From NCBI RefSeq assembly GCF_006345805.1, contig NW_021833720.1, positions 1-55,669 of the forward strand: a DNA stretch of 55,669 nt, written 5' to 3'. How positions within the stretch are numbered: the stretch's first letter is position 1; every line of letters begins with the position of its first letter. This DNA comes from Octopus sinensis. Lineage: Eukaryota. Positions 52,988 through 55,669 of the stretch are shown in pieces. The notes beneath the pieces were generated by a model. It saw only the letters and a program-made list of their open reading frames with translations, was not told the DNA's origin and ran no database searches. A program made the translations under genes and the position numbers.

Positions 52988-55497
52988 TAAGCAATATAGG
53001 ATGAAGTCCCTTACTCTACAGCAAAGGAATTCATCAGGAAGCGTGGGCAGTATATTTAAAAAAACCGTTACGGTTGCAATATACATCATATAATTAAGGG
53101 CTAAAGAGGGTTTTATTCTAAAGCCAAATACACTGTTTTATCCACTTTTATAATCCGCTGTTACAGGAAAATTGAAACTGAAAACGGGCAACTAACCTTT
53201 AGAAAATTTAAAATTCGTTATCTCTATATTGAATCAATTTCGGACTTAATCTTATAAAAAAAGATATATTCCTTCTTCAGTAGAAATTTCGATGGGATAT
53301 AAATAAAATACTCACGTATGATCATGGAAAAAGCACAAGCTAAAAACATAACTACACTTGAGTACATCATTTATATCTAAAAATAAAAATTCTTTGGTCA
53401 GCCTCAGAAAACAACGTCCAGACCTTTCGCCGCTACAAATTGTAATGGTTACCAGTCCTCCTGTAGCAAGCATCGAGTTTACTACTAAGCAATATAGGAT
53501 GAAGTCCCTTACTCTACAGCAAAGGAATTCATCAGGAAGCGTGGCAGTATATTTAAAAAAAACCGGTTACGGTTGCAATATACATCATATAATTAAGGGC
53601 TAAAGAGGGTTATTCTAAAGCCAATACACTGTTTTATCCACTTATAATCCGCTTGTTACAGGAAAATTGAAACTGAAAACGGGCAACTAACCTTTAGAAA
53701 ATTTAAATTTCTGAGGCTGACCAAAGAATTTTTATTTTTAGATATAAATGATGTACTCAAGTGTAGTTATGTTTTTAGCTTGTGCTTTTTCCATGATCAT
53801 ACGTGAGTATTTTATTTATATCCCATCGAAATTTCTACTGAAGAAGGAATATATCTTTTTTTATAAGATTAAGTCCGAAATTGATTCATATAGAGATAAC
53901 GAAATTTAAATTTTCTAAAGGTTAGTTGCCCGTTTTCAGTTTCAATTTTCCTGTAACAATCGGATTATAAGTGGATAAAACAGTGTATTTGGCTTTAGAA
54001 TACCCTCTTAGCCCTTAATTATATGATGTATATTGCAACCGTAACGGTTTTTTTTAATATACTGCCCACGCTTCCTGATGAATTCCTTTGCTGTAGAGTA
54101 AGGGACTTCATCCTATATTGCTTAGTAGTAAACTCGATGCTTGCTACAGGAGGACTGGTAACCATTACAATTTGTAGCGGCGAAAGGTCTGGACGTTGTT
54201 TTCTGAGGCTGACCAAAGATTTTTATTTTAATTTTAGATATAAATGATGTACTCAGTGTAGTTATGTTTTTAGCTTGTGCTTTTTCCATGATCATACGTG
54301 AGTATTTTATTATATCCCATCGAAATTTCTACTGAAGAAGGAATATATCTTTTTTTATAAGATTAAGTCCGAAATTGATTCAATATAGAGATAACGAAAT
54401 TTAAATTTTCTAAAGGTTAGTTGCCCGTTTTCAGTTTCAATTTTCCTGTAACAAGCGGATTATAATTGGATAAAACAGTGTATTTGGCTTTAGAATAACC
54501 CTCTTTAGCCCTTAATTATTGATGTTATATTGCAACCGTTAACGGTTTTTTAAATATACTGCCCACCTTCCTGATGAATTCCTTTGCTGTAGAGTAAGGG
54601 ACTTCATCCTATATTGCTTAGTAGTAACTCGATGCTTGCTACAGGAGGACTGGTAACCATTACAATTTGTAGCGGCGAAGGTCTGGACGTTGTTTTCTGA
54701 GGCTGACCAAGAATTTTTATTTTTAATATAAATGATGTACTCAAGTGTAGTTATGTTTTTAGCTTGTGCTTTTTCCATGATCATACGTGGATTATTTTTT
54801 TATATCCCTCGAATTTCTACTAAGAAGAAGGAATATATCTTTTTTTATAAGATTAAGTCCGAAATTGATTCAATAGAGATAACGAAATTTAAATTTTCTA
54901 AAGGTTAGTTGCCCGTTTTCAGTTTCATTTTCCTGTAAGAAGCGGATTATAAGTGATAAAACAGTGTATTTGGCTTTAGAATAACCCTCTTTAGCCCTTA
55001 ATTATATGATGTATATTGCAACCGTAACGGTTTTTTTAAATATACTGCCCACGCTTCCTGATGAATTCCTTTGCTGTAGAGTAAGGGACTTCATCCTATA
55101 TTGCTTAGTAGTAAACTCGATGCTTGCTACAGGAGGACTGGTAACCATTACAATTGTAGCGGCGAAAGGTCCTGGACGTTGTTTTCTGAGGCTGACCAAA
55201 GAATTTTTATTTTTAGATATAAATGATGTACTCAAGTGTAGTTATGTTTTTAGCTTGTGCTTTTTCCATGATCATACGTGAGTATTTTATTTATATCCCA
55301 TCGAAATTTCTACTGAAGAAGGAATATATCTTTTTTTATAGATTAAGTCCGAAATTGATTAATTATAGAGATAACGAAATTTAAATTTTCTAAGGTTAGT
55401 TGCCCGTTTTCAGTTTCAATTTTCCTGTAACCCGGATTATAAGTGGATAAAACAGTGTATTGGCTTAGAATAACCCTCTTTAGCCCTTAATTTATGA
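52986..55497. repeat. ~490-bp tandem array carrying one type I hammerhead per unit, with an orientation switch at ~53710 (retrozyme-like)
   Basis: About 1.5 units on the minus strand (52986-53712) and about 3.6 units on the plus strand (53710-55497). Core positions 53838, 54332, ~54820 and 55313. (TA)n at both ends. Confidence 0.88.
54325..54392 (+). ncRNA. Type I hammerhead ribozyme motif, intact copy (second intact copy on minus at 53220-53287)
   Basis: Stem I atttcta/tagagat; CTGAAGA 54332-54338; stem II gga…tcc with inner atctt/aagat; GAAA 54371-54374; stem III attg-att-caat; AUA site ending at 54385. Confidence 0.75.
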
Positions 55498-55669
55498 TAT
55501 ATATATATATAGATATAGATATGTATATATATATAACATACACATATGTGCTCATGCACACACACACACATGTGTATGTATGTGTGTGCATGTGTATACA
55601 CGTATGTTTGTGGAGGTATTCAGGCATAACTATATATATGTATATATATAGTTATAATTATCTATCTAT

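Noticed and set aside
53358-55281. 77-91-aa ORFs on both strands of the ~490-bp unit as an encoded protein (viroid-like or Obelisk-like)
   Set aside because: No recognisable motif, and frames are not preserved between units (although indel errors may contribute). I found no antisense-strand ribozyme. Revisit after polishing.
52986-55497. CRISPR array, rDNA or NUMT interpretation of the tandem unit
   Set aside because: Eukaryotic context, no short repeat-spacer structure, and no recognisable rRNA, tRNA or mitochondrial gene motifs.
1134-55669. Dozens of ORF-track entries rich in Y/I/C/V/H/T
   Set aside because: They are translations of (TA)n, (CA)n, (TG)n and (TAGA)n microsatellites, not genes.

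Overview
AT-rich, microsatellite-saturated eukaryotic DNA. Its repeat content (tRNA-headed SINEs, RTE LINEs, mariners, (TA)n/(CA)n/(TAGA)n tracts) resembles octopus (coleoid cephalopod) intronic or intergenic sequence; that assignment is inference from pattern recognition. No host protein-coding gene can be named, although four phase-compatible candidate minus-strand exons exist at low confidence. Almost all ORF-track entries are microsatellite artefacts. Supported features: a near-full-length mariner (16020-17262), several decayed mariner/maT elements, RTE LINE fragments, piggyBac-type and foldback MITEs, HINE-like elements and many SINEs. The most striking unexplained structure is a recurrent architecture. 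At five loci (17.3-17.7, 20.7-21.7, 22.3-23.1, 40.2-40.5 and 53.0-55.5 kb), and probably a sixth (46.6-46.9 kb), a sequence carrying a type I hammerhead-ribozyme motif is present as a head-to-head inverted duplication, with both 3' ends pointing outward, usually into (TA)n. The last locus is a ~490-bp hammerhead-containing tandem array (retrozyme-like) that flips orientation at ~53710. All ribozyme folds were done by eye; activity is untested, and long-read fold-back artefacts must be excluded. Boundaries of degenerate repeats are approximate.
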